From Mobula hypostoma (lineage: Eukaryota), in NCBI RefSeq assembly GCF_963921235.1, contig NC_086123.1:30938001-31002000 (forward strand): a stretch of DNA of 64,000 nt. Direction: 5' to 3'. Within the stretch, counting starts at the first letter, position 1, and every line of letters starts with the position of its first letter. The notes under the pieces are model-generated. The model was not told the origin of the DNA and ran no database searches. It worked only from the letters and a program-made list of their open reading frames with translations. The position numbers and the translations under genes were made by a program. Shown here in pieces: positions 36,541 through 51,540 of this stretch.

Positions 36541-37929
36541 CCATCTCCGCCGTGATTCCACCACCTATCACACATTCTGCTCTGCACCTCTTTCTGCTTT
36601 CAGCATGGACCCCTCGGTCTGTGACTCACTGGTCCTCAGATCCCTCACCCCACCCCGCCTCCCCCACCCTCACCAGCGGAACTTTGTAAGTGTAGGATGT
36701 GTTACAGCTGACCTCACCAATGGTCAGCCCGCCTCCATCACCAACCAGGGCCCTAAAGAGAAACCCAGGGGATCCTACAGATGCCAGGAATCTTGAAGAG
36801 CACGCCAACATAGTTGGGGGAACTCTGGAGGTCAGGCAGCATCAATGGAGGGAAATGAACATCCGTAATTCACTCGAGATCCTTCATCAGGATTGGAAAG
36901 AAAGGGGGCTGAAGCCAGAATAAGGAGGAGGGATGAGAGAGAGGTGGAGTATAAATTAGTGAGGGAGAGAACGGATGGGTGTGGGAGTGGGGATGATGTG
37001 AGAAGATGGGAGGTGATCGGTGTAAGCACTAAGGGGCTGAAGAAGAAGGAATCTGATCAGTAAGGACAGGAAACCATGGAAGGAGATGGGGAACCTGGTG
37101 GGGTCATGAGGGTAGGGGAGGAAAGAGATCAGAGAATCACCAAAATAGGAAAAAAACTAAAGACGGAGTGTTGACCAGAAGTTAGAGGTTAATGCCGTTA
37201 GGTTAAAGACTACTCAGATGGATTATGAGATATTGCTCCCCCAGATTGTATTTGGCTTCATCGTGGCAGTGTCCTAAACTGCCCTTCCAGGTGAGGCAGA
37301 CATTCATGTGCACCTCCCTTAGCTTTCTTTATTGTATCAACTGCTTCTGATGTGGTGTCCTCTATATTGGTGAGACCAGGTGGAAATTAGACTGGGAATC
37401 TCTTATCAGATTCCATCATCTGCAGCTCTTTATCACTTCCACCCATCACTTCCCAGCTTCTGTCCCCATGTTCACTCTCCCTCCTCCATCCACCTATCAT
37501 CCCTTTTCACCAGGATTCATCTTGCATTTAGGACAGCAATAAAATACCTCCATCTCCATCTGTACAAAAGGTTTCCTCATTGCTGTTTCTATGACAATTG
37601 TTTATTGACCAGTCACGGCTCTTATCCATGAGCTGAACACCTGAACCTGGAGGTGCAGTGGTCCACTGTTACTCTGCTCTCTAACCTTTGACCTGTTTGG
37701 CACAGGTGACCCTACCAAGAGCCAAAGCAAAAGGCCCTGACTCCAGCCAACGTAACTCTCTGGGTCATTGAAGCACACAAGCCTCCAAGCCCTATTTCAA
37801 GTTTGTGGTCCTCTTGGAATAGATTTACCCGAGCAACGATTAACCATTTGAGAGGTCAGGTGGACATTGCTAACGCTCAGTGTAAGCATACTAACAATTG
37901 TGGAATCATATAATTTGATTAAGTTAATA

Positions 37930-38258
37930 TAGAAACATAGAAAATAGGTGCAGGAGTAGGCCATTCAGCCCTTCGAGCCTGCACCGCCATTCAGTATGAT
38001 CATGGCTGATCATCCAACTCAGAACCCTGTACCTGCCATCTCTCCATACCCCCTGATCCCTTTAGCCACAAGGGCCATATCTAACTCCCTCTTAAATATA
38101 GCCAATGAACTGGCCTCAACTGTTTCCTGTGGCAGAGAATTCCACAGATTCGCCACTCTCTGTGTGAAGAAGTTTTTCCTCATCTCGGTCCTAAAAGGCT
38201 TCCCCTCTATCCTCAAACTGTGGCCCCTCGTTCTGGACTTCCCCAACATCGGGAACAA
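37930..38258 (-). mobile_element. Short CR1 3' end with TSD taagttaatat; copy 57255-57583
   Basis: Same subfamily as 27049; TRGHSLR...FFTQRV. Confidence 0.85.
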
Positions 38259-40558
38259 TTAATAAGTTAATATGTAGAATTATCTTCTGGCAGGTGTTAT
38301 TGCCTTAATGATTATCTTTGGGACTCAGCACAAAATTGAAAAAATGTTAAACCATCAATTTACACCTAATTCTTAAAATGCACAGACTCATTGATAGATT
38401 TGTTTCCTTCACCTCTTCTTGATCCTGCAGGAGTCTATTAAAGTTCTTAAAGGAAAAAAATATGGGACAATTTTGAAATCTTTATTTATGGCTACAGCAA
38501 TTGATTATTCAGGTTTTAAATGACGAAAGGATCAATTCCACCTCGCTACATCAGCAAAATTGGAGGTGAGTTTAAATTCAGAACCTTAATACCATCCGCC
38601 CCAATCAAAGGTGGTTCCATTTCAATTAAGATCAATATCTTAAGACAATAATAAGACAATAACCTATCCCTCAACGTCAGCAAGACGAAGGAATTGGTTG
38701 TTGACTTCAGAAGGAGTAGTGGACCGCACAACCGAATTTACATCGGTGGTGCGCAAGTGGAACAGGTCAAAAGCTTTAAGTTCCTTGAGGTCAATATTAC
38801 AAATGACCTGACTTGGTCCAACCAAGCAGAGTTCACTGCCAAGAAGGCCTACCAGTGCCTTTACTTCCTGAGAAAACTAAAGAAATTTGGCCTGTCCCTT
38901 AAAACCCTCACTAATTTTTATAGATGCACCGTAGAAAGCATTCTTCTAGGGTGCATCACAACCTGGTATGGAAGTTCTCCTGTCAAAGACTGAAAGAAGC
39001 TGCGGAAGATCGTGAACATGGCGCAGCACATCACACAAGCCAATCTTCCGTCCGTGGACTCATTGTACACCGCATGCTGTCGGAGGAGTGCTGCCAGGAT
39101 AATCAAGGACACGACCCACCCAGCCAACAAACTTTTTGTCCCTCTTCCCTCCGGGAGAAGGCTCAGGAGCTTGAAGACTCGTATGGCCAGATTTGGGAAC
39201 AGCTTCTTTCCTACTGTGATAAGATTGCTGAACAGATCCTGAGCCAGATCTGGGCCGTACTCTCCAAATATCCGGACCTGCCTCTCGGTTTTTTTGCACT
39301 ACCTTACTTTCCATTTTTCTATTTTGTATTTATGAATTATAATTTAAAATTTTAATATTTACTAATTTTAACTATTTTTGATATTTAATATTTGTAATCC
39401 AGGGAGTGTAAAGTGTAGATTCAAATATTGCAGTGATAATTGTACATTCTAGTACTAGTTGTTTGGCGACAATGAAGTATAAAGTATATCCTAGGCAAGG
39501 GGCTGGCAAACATGCAAATGTGTGCAGAAGAGGGAATTCATACTGGAACTTTCGAAAACTGTTATCACAATTCCATGCATAATGATGTAGGAAAGGGAGA
39601 AGTGAGGTAAGAGTAACACAGTGGGGAATAGTAACAGTTAAACTTCAATATTTGCTTCGGATAAAATAGGAAAGAATGCAGAATAGCTAACATAATGATT
39701 CCATTGTGTAAAGTGTTGAATGTGAATTGGGGTTTTTGTGAATCTTGTACATGGTTCAAATGCCACAATCAAACTTTGGTCAAGATACTTCATCTCTTAC
39801 CAGGGTCTACAGAACTAGATGAAAGCAATCACACAGAAATGCCAGTGTTCCTGCATTTAGACTTTTATTAAAAAAATCATTTCAAATCATATTGGAAATT
39901 TCAACAATGAAAATTGCAAAGCATTTAGAACCTCAACTAATCTGATTTCATTAAATTTTAATGCTAAAATGAAAATAAAGATCCATTGGAAGAACACAGG
40001 GACTGAAGCAAACAATTCTTGAGGTCGTTAAGGTCAAGCAGTAAGTCATCTCCCCCTCCCCCATCAAACCCAATCTTTTTAGTGGGATTTGTTTTAAAAC
40101 ATTGTAAATTGAAATTGCCACAACAGTTATTTCTGGGTCTCTGAGTGAGACCCATTATATATGGGAAGTCATAGACCATCAGATTGTGATCAGCCATTCG
40201 GAGTTACATTGATCTGAAGAGGAGGTGCAGGTTGCCAGAGTTCCTTGGATATTGTTAATATCTGGCCTCTGCAAAACTGACAACCCATGTTTTCCAGGCT
40301 AAGAAGGCAACAAGGTGATAAGCGACAAACGTCGATGGGAATTTATGTCATTGTCCGACAGACACCCCATCAGTACAGCATTAATACAGAGCGGAAATCG
40401 GTCCTTTGTCCAACTTGTGAATGTCAGTGTGGAACGTAGCAGATACACAGGATCAAGGATACACAGTAACAAAGTGCTCACGACAGAATATAGGAATGCA
40501 ATAAAATACCAATAAATTATTTTTAATCACAGTTTTCTCAACCGTCTGCAGGAGTAAA

Positions 40559-41026
40559 TCAGCCTCCACGTAGCCGGAGCAGCAGAGAGATGGTGGTTAG
40601 TGGTCTGATGTTGTAGTCGGAGAGCAATCGGTCGTCCTCCAACTGTTTGCCCTCGTAAACCAGGCGCTGCTGGTCGGGTATGACCCCCTCCCGCCGATGG
40701 ACCCGCTCTTTAAACTTCTGCACGGACTCAGAGGGCATCACGTCGTACGTCGAGGTTTTCCCTTTGTCATTCAGGAGAAATATCTGCATGGATTCCTCTT
40801 TCCTGACCAGCAACATGACGGTGGGGCTGGGGTTGAGGTTGTAGTAGCTTAGACTTCTCTGGTCCTGCATCTCCACGCTTTGGCCATTTTGCATCATCAG
40901 ACGCTGTTGGGAAATGGGCACGTTGGTCTTTTCCTGGATTTTCATCTTGAGTGTCGACACTTGAATGGAAGGGTCGACATCAAGTTCGAAACCATCGCCG
41001 GTGATAAACCTCACCTGAAGTCTCAT
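40559..41026 (-). CDS. ISG15: ISG15-like modifier D, two Ubl domains (155 aa), LRLRGG
   Basis: As C; variant residues RREGVIP and EDDR. Confidence 0.88.
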   Translation of the reverse strand: MRLQVRFITGDGFELDVDPSIQVSTLKMKIQEKTNVPISQQRLMMQNGQSVEMQDQRSLSYYNLNPSPTVMLLVRKEESMQIFLLNDKGKTSTYDVMPSESVQKFKERVHRREGVIPDQQRLVYEGKQLEDDRLLSDYNIRPLTTISLLLRLRGG

Positions 41027-42574
41027 CTTGTCAAATCGCTGTAGAGAAAGGAGAAATGATTAAAGAGTTTTTACACCAGATGTGCATGAACTATGATGTA
41101 TTAATATGGCATTGCCTATAATATCAACACAATTAGATTACTTACTAAGATCTGTAGACAAGCGGGAAAAGACAGACCCCTCTTTCCCAGCAGTTCAGAA
41201 TGTGTGACAGGAATTTTGAGCCGCAATACTGACAATTGACGGGAGAGGGACTCCGCGAGCCGGTGGGTTTAAACATTTTTGAACTTGATTCGATCAGCGG
41301 CAAAAAAATATGTAAATGTTACTCATTGGGACCGTAGTAAATGTGCAACTTGTTTAGATTTCTAAGCCAGGACTGTTCCAACCGCCGCTTAATAGGGGAA
41401 AAAAAATCACTTTTGTCACATCGCATTAATGGTGTACCGGGGAGAGCATTCGGACTTGTTGCATCACCGTCTGATATGGAGGGACCACGACACAGGGTCA
41501 GAAAAAGCTGCGGAGAGTGGTAAACTCATCCAGCTCCATCATGGGCACCAACAGAGTGTATCTTCAAAAGGTGATGTCTCACGGAGAAGGCATCGATCAT
41601 TCTCGGCCTGCAGGTCATGCCCGCTTCTCATTGCTACCACCAGCGAGGAGCCTGAAGTCTCACGCTCAACGTTTTAGGAACAGATGAACTAATGAACAGT
41701 ATTTTTGTCTGACACACACACACACACACACACACACTCGTATATATACTGTGTGTGTGTGTGTGTGTGTATGCTATTATAATTTATATTATATGTTATG
41801 TACTGCATTGTACTGCCGCCCCAAATTGCCAAATTTATCGATTTAAATTAGTGGTGATCACCCGAGTTCTGATTCTAAATCGATTCTGCTGCGAATAAAC
41901 TCCATTTTACTTTCAACCAAACATTCACCCTCCACCCCCGCTTTCCTGCACAGAAAGTGTTCATTCCCGACCCAGACTTCCCGAGTCACTGAACTCACAC
42001 GCAAATTATTGTCGTGATATGAACGAAGATTTCATGCACCGTTTTAACAAGACCGTCACTCTACATCAGCCGATTAACGAGTTTCACCGAACCGTGAGCC
42101 TATCAATCCGAGTTACAGGAGTGGCCATTCGGCCTGCACCGCTATTCAATGATATCCCCGATGATCTTTTACCTCGCCGCCAGTTGACAACAATTTGTCG
42201 CGGATCTGTTGCCACTTTCTGTAAAGTTAGTTTTCTACTAACTTGTTCTCGCCCCGCGTTTTGTCAGCGGTAGAGACTACATTTCCTGCCCGGTTCAGAG
42301 GATCTTAGTAATTTAAATTATATTGTCAATGTTGTAAACAGCTAGATAAAAATGAGAACTTTAAGATAATTAAATAAAGTCTTAAAATTTTTGTCGACAG
42401 TACCGGAAGTCAGGACGAATCTGAAGAAAATCTGATCCGCAGCTTTTTTTCTTTGCCCTTTATTCCGCACCGACTTCCAGCTCCGGTCCGGGTAAATCAA
42501 TAGAAATTCTCCGGCTGCTGCTGATCGGTATCCCCGCTCCTGCAACTCTGCGTCTCTCCGCCTCCCCCGGCTCG

Positions 42575-42765
42575 CTTTATCTTCTGCCCCCGTTTCTGAA
42601 CGTCACCGCGCCGCTGGGCTGATCTCACGGCCCGCTGTCGCTGTGTTGACAAACACACCAATCAGGTTCCAGCCGAAGTTTCGTTTCCGAAAAATTCCCC
42701 GCAGTAAATTGGAAACGTTTTCGCCCTGTTACAGGGTTCAACGCTATCGGCTGATTCACTTTCGG
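42575..42765 (-). promoter_or_regulatory. Interferon-responsive promoter of D
   Basis: ISRE 42677-42688, kB-like 42689-42700. Confidence 0.75.
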
Positions 42766-44213
42766 ATTCCGTTCTGGTGTCAGCATCTGCAACAATAATA
42801 CAGGCACAGGGAAGCCGAGAATGTGAAGCCCGATCTTGACCGGAACATAACCTGAAACGTGTCATCTCTGAATACATTTATCTGGTTCATTCAGTGACAA
42901 CCTAAGTGATAAAATGCTCGAATCCACCCAAACAATACAACACAACTGTGTCCAATCCACATCACCTCTATTTCCCCATCTTTCTTGCCCAGATCCCCGT
43001 GGGCAGACAGCCGTAGTTTTACCCCGTTTCCCGAGCTTCACCCCATCCAGCATATCAATCTTTTCAACGTCCACCATCTCCACCGTGATTCCACCATTTG
43101 TAACACATTCTGTTCTGCACCTCTTTCTGTTTTCGGCATGGACCCCTCGGTCCGTAACTCACAGGTCCTCAGATACCTCCCCCACCCCACCTCCCCCACC
43201 CTCACCAGCGAAACTTTGTAAGTGTAGGATGTGTTACAGCTGACCTCTCCAATGGTCAGCCCGCCTCCATCACCAACCAGTGCCCTAAAGAGAGACCCAG
43301 GAGATCATACAGACGCCAGGAATCTTGAAGAGCAGTCAAAATTGTTGGGGGAACTCTGGAGGTCAGGCAGCATCAATGGAGGGCAATGAACATCCATAAT
43401 TCACTCGAGATCCTTCATCAGGATTGGAAAGAAAGGGGGCTGAAGCCAGAAGAAGGAGGAGGGATGAGAGAGAGGTGGAGTATAAATTAGTGAGGGGGAG
43501 AGTGGATGAGTGTGGGAGTGGGGATGATGTGAGAAGATGGGAGGTGATCAGTGTAAGCACTAAGGGGCTGAAGAAGAAGGAATCTGATCGGTAAGGACAG
43601 GAAACCATGGAAGGATATGGGGAACCTGGTGGGGTCATGAGGGTAGGGGAGGAAAGAGGTGAGAGGATCACTAAAATAGGAAAAAAACTAAAGGGGAGGT
43701 GTTGACCAGAACTTAGAGTTTAATGCCATCGGGTTTAAGACTACTCAGACCGAGTATGAGATATTGCTCCCCCAGATTGTGTTTGGCTTCATCGTAGCAG
43801 TGTCCTAAACTGAACTTCCAGGTGAGGCAGACATTCACGTGCACCTCCCTTGGCTTTCTTTATTGTAGCAACTGCTTCTGATGTGGTGTCCTCTATATTG
43901 GTGAGACCAGGTGGAAATTAGACTGGGAATCTCTTATCAGATTCCATCATCTGCTGCTCTTTATCACCTCCACCCATCACTTCCCAGCTTCTGTCCCCAT
44001 GTCCACTCTCCCTCCTCCATCCGCCTATCATTCATTCTCAACCGGATCCATCTTGTGTTTAGGACAGCAATAAAGGACCTCCATCTCCATCTGGACACAA
44101 GGTTTCTTCATTGCTGTTTCTGTGACAATTATTTTTTGACCAGTCACTGTTCTTATCCATGAGCTGAACACGCTGAACCTGGAGATGTGGTGGTCCACTG
44201 TTAGTCTGCCCTC

Positions 44214-44764
44214 TGTTAGAGTGAAGTTTTTTGGATAGATGATTTGTTTACACTTAAATGACTTTTGCCACCAGACTTCTATTTGACAAAGTACTGTGGA
44301 TTGAGTCCACAACAATGCGCTTCCTAAAGGTGTGAATACCAGATGCTTCTGGTGCCGTAGTTTGACCAGATGCTGTAGTTTCAAAGACAGTATTATCTGT
44401 ACTTTATAAATATTAATTGTCTTCTATGTTAGCACATAAAATGCCAAATAAATGTATGGTGGATTTAACTAAAGGCTGTGGATACCAACCCAGACATGTT
44501 GGCGTCAGAAGGAAAGGATGAAATCCGAAGATGTGATGTTTGTATGTAGCTTCAAAAGGAAGCATTGTCTATAACTTTTTAGGTAGTGATGGCCTTTGAG
44601 TTTAGCATATAAATATCTGAACCCACACTGGACTAACAGTCCTTTCTACTGGAAGCGTCTCCGTCCATATGATGCCTACTTGTTATGTCGAATGTCGAAT
44701 AAAGAAGCTGGTTTGAATCTACCAGTGACTCTGACTCTCCATTAATGTCATCCACGCTACAACA
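44214..44764 (+). mobile_element. Duplicate of the solo LTR at 24925
   Basis: Same element, same site, same TSD. Confidence 0.75.
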
Positions 44765-46337
44765 CCCTCTACCCTTTGACCTGTTTGGCACACGTGACCC
44801 TACCAAGAGCCAAAGCAAAAGGCCCTGACTCCAGCCAACGTAACTCTCTGGGTCATTGAGGCACACAAGCCTCCAAGCCCTGCGACAAGGTTGTGGTGCT
44901 CTTGGAATAGATTTACCTGAGCAAACATTAACTATTTGAGAGGTCAGGTGGACATTGCTAATGCTCAGTGTAAGCATACTAAAAATTGTGGAATCATATA
45001 ATTTGTTTAAGTTAATATGTAGAATTATCTTCTGGCATGTGTTAATACCTTAGTTATTATCTTTGGGACTCAGCACAAAATTGAAAAGATGTTAAACCAT
45101 CAATTTACACCTAATTCTTAAAATACACAGACTTATTGATAGATTTGTTTCCTTTGCCTCTTCTTGATCCTGCAGGAGTCTGTTAAAGTTCTTAAAGTAA
45201 AATTCTAGGACAATTAAAGGACAATTTTGAAACCTTTATTCTGGGCTACAGCAATTAATTATTCAGGTTTTAAATGACAAAAGGATCAATTCCACCTCGC
45301 TACATCAGCAAAATTGGAGGTGAGTTTAAATTCAGAACCTTAATACCATCCGCCCCAATCAAAGGTGCTTCCATTTCAATTAAGATCGATATCTTAAGAC
45401 AATAATAAGACACTAACCTATCCCTCAACGTCAGCAAGACGATGGAATTGGTTGTTGACTTCAGAAGGAGTAGTGGACCGCACAACCCTATTTACATTGG
45501 TGGTGCGCAAGTGGAACAGGTCAAAAGCTTTAAGTTCCTCAGGGTCAATATCACAAATGACCTGACTTGGTCTAACCAAGCAGAGTTCACTGCCAAGAAG
45601 GCCCACCAGTGCCTTTACTTCCTGAGAAAACTAAAGAAATTTGGCCTGTCCCCTAAAACCCTCACTAATTTTTATAGATGCACCGTAGAAAGCATTCTTC
45701 TCGGATGCATCACAACCTGGTATGGAAGTTGTCCTGTCAAAGACTGAAAGAAGTTGCGGAAGATCGTGAACATGGCGCAGCACATCACACAAACCAATCT
45801 TCTGTCTGTGGACTCACTGTACACTGCACGCTGTCGGAGAAGTGCTGCCAGGATAATCAAGGACACCACCCACCCAGCCAACAGACTTTTTGTCCCTCTT
45901 CCCTCCGGGAGAAGGCTCAGGAGCTTGAAGACTCATATGGCCAGATTTGGGTACAGCTTCTTTTCTACTGTGATAAGACTGCTGAACGGATCCTGACCCG
46001 GATCTGGGCCGTACCCTCCAAATATCCGGACCTGCCTCTTGGTTTTTTTGCACTACCTTACATTCCATTTGTCTATTTTATATGTATGATTTATAATTTA
46101 TATTTTTATTATTTACTAATTTTAACTATTTTTAATATTTAATATTTGTAATCCAGGGAGTGTGAAGTGCAGATTCAAATATTGCTGTGATGATTGTACA
46201 TTCTAGTACTAGTTGTTTGGTGACAATAAAGTGTAAAGTATATCCTAGGCAAGGGGCTGGCAAACATGCAAATGTGTGCAGAAGAGGGAATTCATACTGG
46301 AACTTTCGAAAACTGTTATCACAATTCCATGCATAAT

Positions 46338-49330
46338 ATAGAAACATAGAAACATAGAAAATAGGTGCAGGAGTAGGCTATTCGGCCCTTCGAGCCTGCA
46401 CCGCCATTTATTATGATCATGGCTGATCATACAACTCAGAACCCCGCCCCAGCCTTCCCTCCATACCCCCTGATCCCCGTAGCCACAAGGGCCATATCTA
46501 ACTCCCTCTTAAATACAGCCAATGAACTGGCCACAACTGTTTCCTGTGGCAGAGAATTCCACAGATTCACCACTCTCTGTGTGAAGAAGTTTTTCCTAAT
46601 CTCGGTCCTAAAAGGCTTCCCCTCTATCCTCAAACTGTGGCCCCTCGTTCTGGACTTCCCCAACATCAGGAACAATCTTCCTGCATCTAGCCTGTCCAAT
46701 CCCTTTAGGATCTTATACGTTTCAATCAGATCCCCCCTCAATCTTCTAAATTCCAACGAGTACACGCCCAGTTCATCCAGTCTTTCTTGATATGAAAGTT
46801 CTGCCATCCCAGGAATCAATCTGGTGAACCTTCTTTGTACTCCCTCTATGGCAAGGATGTCTTTCCTCAGATTAGGGGACCAAAACTGCACACAATACTC
46901 CAGGTGTGGTCTCACCAAGGCCTTGTACAACTGCAGTAGTACCTCCCTGCTCCTGTACTCGAATCCTCTCGCTATAAATGCCAGCATACCATTCGCCTTT
47001 TTCACCGCCTGCTGTACCTGCATGCCCACTTTCAATGACTGGTGTATAAGGACACCCAGGTCTCGTTGCACCTCCCCTTTTCCTAATCGGCCACCATTCA
47101 GATAATAATTTGTTTTCCTATTTTTGCCACCAAAGTGGATAACTTCACATTTATCCACATTAAATTGCATCTGCCATGAATTTGCCCACTCACCCAACCT
47201 ATCCAAGTCACCCTGCATCCTCTTAGCATCCTCCTCACAGCTAACACTGCCACCCAGCTTCGTGTCATCCACAAACTTGGAGATGCTGCATTTAATTCCC
47301 TCATCCAAGTCATTAATATATATTGTAAACAACTGGGGTCCCAGCACTGAGCCTTGCAGTACCCCACTAGTCACCGCCTGCCATTCTGAAAAGGCCCCGT
47401 TTATTCCCACTCTTTGCTTCCTGTCTGCCAACCAATTCTCCACCCACACCAATAATGATGTAGGAAAGGGAGCAGCCTTGGCAGTCAAAGTGAAGGATAA
47501 TCCAAAGAGCTTTTACAAGTATATTAAGAGCAAAAGGATTGTAAGGGATAAAATTGGTCCTCTTGAAGATCAGAGTGGCCGGCTTTGTGCGGAACCAAAA
47601 GAAATGGGGGAGATCTTAAATAGGTTTTTTGTGTCTGTATTTACTAAGGAAGCTGGCATGAAGTCTATGGAATTGAGGGAATCAAGTAGTGAGACCATGG
47701 AAAGTGTACAGATTAAAAAGGAGGAGGTGCTTGCTGTCTTGAGGAAAATTAAAGTGGATAAATCCCCAGGACCTGACAGAGTGTTCCCTCGGACCTTGAA
47801 GGAGACTAGTGTTGAAATTGTGGGGGCCCTGGCAGAAATATTTAAAATGTCGCTGTGTATGGGTGAAGTGCCGGAGGATTGGAGAGTGGCTCATGTTGTT
47901 CCATTGTTTAAAAAAGGATCGAAAAGTAATCTGGGAAATTATAGGCCGGTGAGTTTAGCGTCAGTAGTAGGTAAGTTATTGGAGGGAGTTCTAAGAGACA
48001 GAATCTACAAGCATTTGGATAGACAGGGGCTTATCAGGGAGAGTCAACATGGCTTTGTGCGTGGTAGGTTATGTTTGACCAATCTGTTGGAGATTTTCGA
48101 GGAGGTTACCAGGAAAGTGGATGAAGGGAAGGCAGTGGATATTGTCTACATGGACTTCAGTAAGGCCTTTGACAAGGTCCCGCATGAGAGGTTAGTTAGG
48201 AAAATTCAGTCGCTAGGTATACATGGAGAGGTGGTAAATTAGATTAGACATTGGCTCAATGGAAGAAGCCAGAGAGTGGTGGTACAGAATTGCTTTTCTG
48301 AGTGGAGGTCTGTGACTAGTGGTGTGCCACAGGGATCAGTGCTGGGTCCATTGTTATTTGTCATCTATATCAATGATCTGGATGATAATGTGGTAAATTG
48401 GATCAGCAAGTTTGCTGATGATACAAAGATTGGAGGTGTAGTAGACAGTGAGGAAGGTTTTCAGAGTCTGCAGAGGGACTTGGACCAGCTGGAAAAATGG
48501 GCTGAAAAATGGCAGATGGAGTTTAATACTGACAAGTGTGAGGTATTGCACGTTGGAAGGACAAACCAAGGTAGAACATACAGGGTTAATGGTAAGGCAC
48601 TGAGGAGTGCAGTGGAACAGAGGGATCTGAGAATACAGATACCAGATTCCCTAAAAGTGTCATCACAGGTAGATAGGGTCGTAAAGAGAGCTTTTGGTAC
48701 ATTGGCTTTTATTAATCAAAGTATTGAGTATAAGAGCTGGAATGTTATGATGAGGTTGTATAAGGCATTGGTGAGGCCGATTCTGGAGTATTGTGTTCAG
48801 TTTTGGTCACCAAATTACAGGAAGGATATAAATAAGGTTGAAGGAGTGCAGAGAAGGTTTACAAGGATGTTGCCGGGACTTGAGAAACTCAGTTACAGAG
48901 AAAGGCTGAATAGGTTAGGACTTTATTCCCTGGAGCGTAGAAGAATGAGGGGAGATTTGATAGAGGTATATAAAATTATGATGGGTATAGATAGAGTGAA
49001 TGCAAGCAGGCTTTTTCCACTGAGGCAAGGGGAGAAAAAAACCAGAGGACATGGATTAAGGGTGAGGGGGGAAAAATTTAAAGGGAACATTAGGTGGGGC
49101 TTCTTCACACAGAAAGTGGTGGGAGTATGGAATGAGCTGCCAGACGAGGTGGTAAATGCGGGTTCTTTTGTAACATTTAAGAATAAATTGGACAGATACA
49201 TGGATGGGAGGTGTATGGAGGGATATGGTCCGTGTGCAGGTCAGTGGGACTAGGCAGAAAATGGTTCGGCACAGCCAAGAAAGGCCAAAAGGCCTGATCC
49301 TGTGCTCTAGTTTCTATGGTTTCTATGGTT
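46338..49330. mobile_element. Duplicated back-to-back CR1 pair
   Basis: Near-identical to 27049-30041 at offset 19289. Confidence 0.9.
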
Positions 49331-50280
49331 GAGTGAGGTAAAAGTAACACAGTGGGGAATAGTGACAGTTAAACTTCAATATTTACTTTGGATTAAATAG
49401 GAAAGAATGCAGAATAGCTAACATAATGATTCCATTGTGTAAAGTGTTGAATGTGAATTGGGGTTTTTGAGAATCTTGTACATGGTTCAAACGCCACAAT
49501 CAAACTTTGGTCAAGATACTTCATCTCTTACCAGGGTCTACAGAATTAGATGAACGCAATCACACAGAAATGCCAGTGTTCCTGCATTTAGACTTTTATT
49601 AAAAAAATCATTTCAAATCATATTGGAAATTTCAACAATGAAAATTGCAAAGCATTTAGAACCTCAACTAATCTGATTTCATTAAATTTTAATGCTAAAA
49701 TGAAAATAAAGATCCATTGGAAGAACACAGGAACTGAAGCAAACAATTCTTGAGGTCGTTAAGGTCAAGCAGTAAGTCATCTCCCCATCCCCCATCAAAC
49801 CCAATCTTTTTAGTGGGATTTGTTTCAAAACATTGTAAATTGAAATTGCCACAGCAGTTATTTCTGGGTCTCTGAGTGAAACCCATTATATGTGGGAAAT
49901 CATAGACCATCAGATTATGATCAGCCATTCGGAGTTACATTGATCTGAAGAGGAGGTGCAGGTTGCCAGAGTTCCTTTGATATTGTTAATATCTGGCCTC
50001 TGCAAAATTGACAACCCATGTTTTCCAGGCTAAGAAGGCAACAAGGTGATAAGCGACAAACGTCGATGGGAATTTATGTCATTGTCCGACAGACACCCCA
50101 TCAGTACAGCATTAATACAGAGCGGAAATCGGTCCTTTGTCCAACTTGTGAATGTCAGTGTGGAACGTAGCAGATAGACAGGATAATGTAACAAAGTGCT
50201 CACGACAGAATATAGGAATGCAATAAAATACCAATAAATTATTTTTAATCACAGTTTTCTCAACCGTCTGCAGGAGTAAA

Positions 50281-50748
50281 TCAGCCTCCACGTAGCCGGA
50301 GCAGCAGAGAGATGGTGGTTAGTGGTCTGATGTTGTAGTCGGAGAGCAATCGCCCATCCTCCAACTGTTTGCCCTCGTAAACCAGGCGCTGCTGGTCGGG
50401 TCTGACCCCCTCCTGCCGATGGACCCGCTCTTTAAACTTCTGCACGGACTCAGAGGGCATCACGTCGTACGTCGTCGTTTTCCCCTTGTCGTTCAGGAGA
50501 AATATCTGCATGGATTCCTCTTTCCTGACCAGCAACATGACGGTGGGGCTGGGGTTGAGGTTGTAGTAGCTTAGACTTCTGTCGTCCTGCATCTCCACGC
50601 TTTGGCCATTTTGCACCATCAGACGCTGTTGGGAAATGGGCACGTTGGTCTTTTCCTGGATTTTCATCTTGAGTGTCGACACTTGAATGGAAGGGTCGAC
50701 ATCAAGTTCGAAACCATCGCCGGTGATAAACCTCACCTGAAGTCTCAT
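50281..50748 (-). CDS. ISG15: ISG15-like modifier E, two Ubl domains (155 aa), LRLRGG
   Basis: Higher-order-repeat copy of C (offset 19302 bp); 2 aa differences. Confidence 0.85.
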   Translation of the reverse strand: MRLQVRFITGDGFELDVDPSIQVSTLKMKIQEKTNVPISQQRLMVQNGQSVEMQDDRSLSYYNLNPSPTVMLLVRKEESMQIFLLNDKGKTTTYDVMPSESVQKFKERVHRQEGVRPDQQRLVYEGKQLEDGRLLSDYNIRPLTTISLLLRLRGG

Positions 50749-51411
50749 CTTGTCAAATCGCTGTAGAGAAAGGAGAAGTGATTAGAGAGTTTTTACACCA
50801 GATGTGCATGAACTATGATGTATTAATATGGCATTGCCTATAATATCAACATAATTAGACTATTTACTAAGATCTGTAGACAAACGGGAAAAGACAGACC
50901 CCTCTTTCCCAGCAGTTCTGAATGTGTGACAGGAATTTTGAGCCGCAATACTGACAATTGACGGGAGAGGGACTCCGTGAGCCGGTGGGTTTAAACATTT
51001 TTGAACCTGATTCGATCAGCAGCAAAAAAATGTGTAAATGTCTCATTGGGACCGTAGTAAGTGTGCAACTTGTTTAGATTTCTAAGCCAGGACCATTCCA
51101 ACCGCCGCTTAATAGGGGAAAAAAAATCACTTTTGTCACATCGCGTTAATGGTGTACCGGGGAGAGCATTCGGACTTGTTGCATCACCGTCTGATATGGA
51201 GGGACCACGACACAGGGTCAGAAAAAGCTGCGGACAGTGGTAAACTCATCCAGCTCCATCATGGGCACCAACAGAGTGTATCTTCAAAAGGTGATGTCTC
51301 ACGGAGAAGGCATCGATCATTCTCGGCCTGCAGGTCATGCCCGCTTCTCATTGCTACCACCAGCGAGGAGCCTGAAGTCTCACGCTCAACGTTTTAGGAA
51401 CAGATGAACTA

Positions 51412-51540
51412 NNNNNNNNNNNNNNNNNNNNNNNNNNNNNNNNNNNNNNNNNNNNNNNNNNNNNNNNNNNNNNNNNNNNNNNNNNNNNNNNNNNNNNNNN
51501 NNNNNNNNNNNNNNNNNNNNNNNNNNNNNNNNNNNNNNNN
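51412..51540. other. Assembly gap (129 N)
   Basis: Run of N at the position of the intronic CA/TG palindrome. Confidence 1.
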
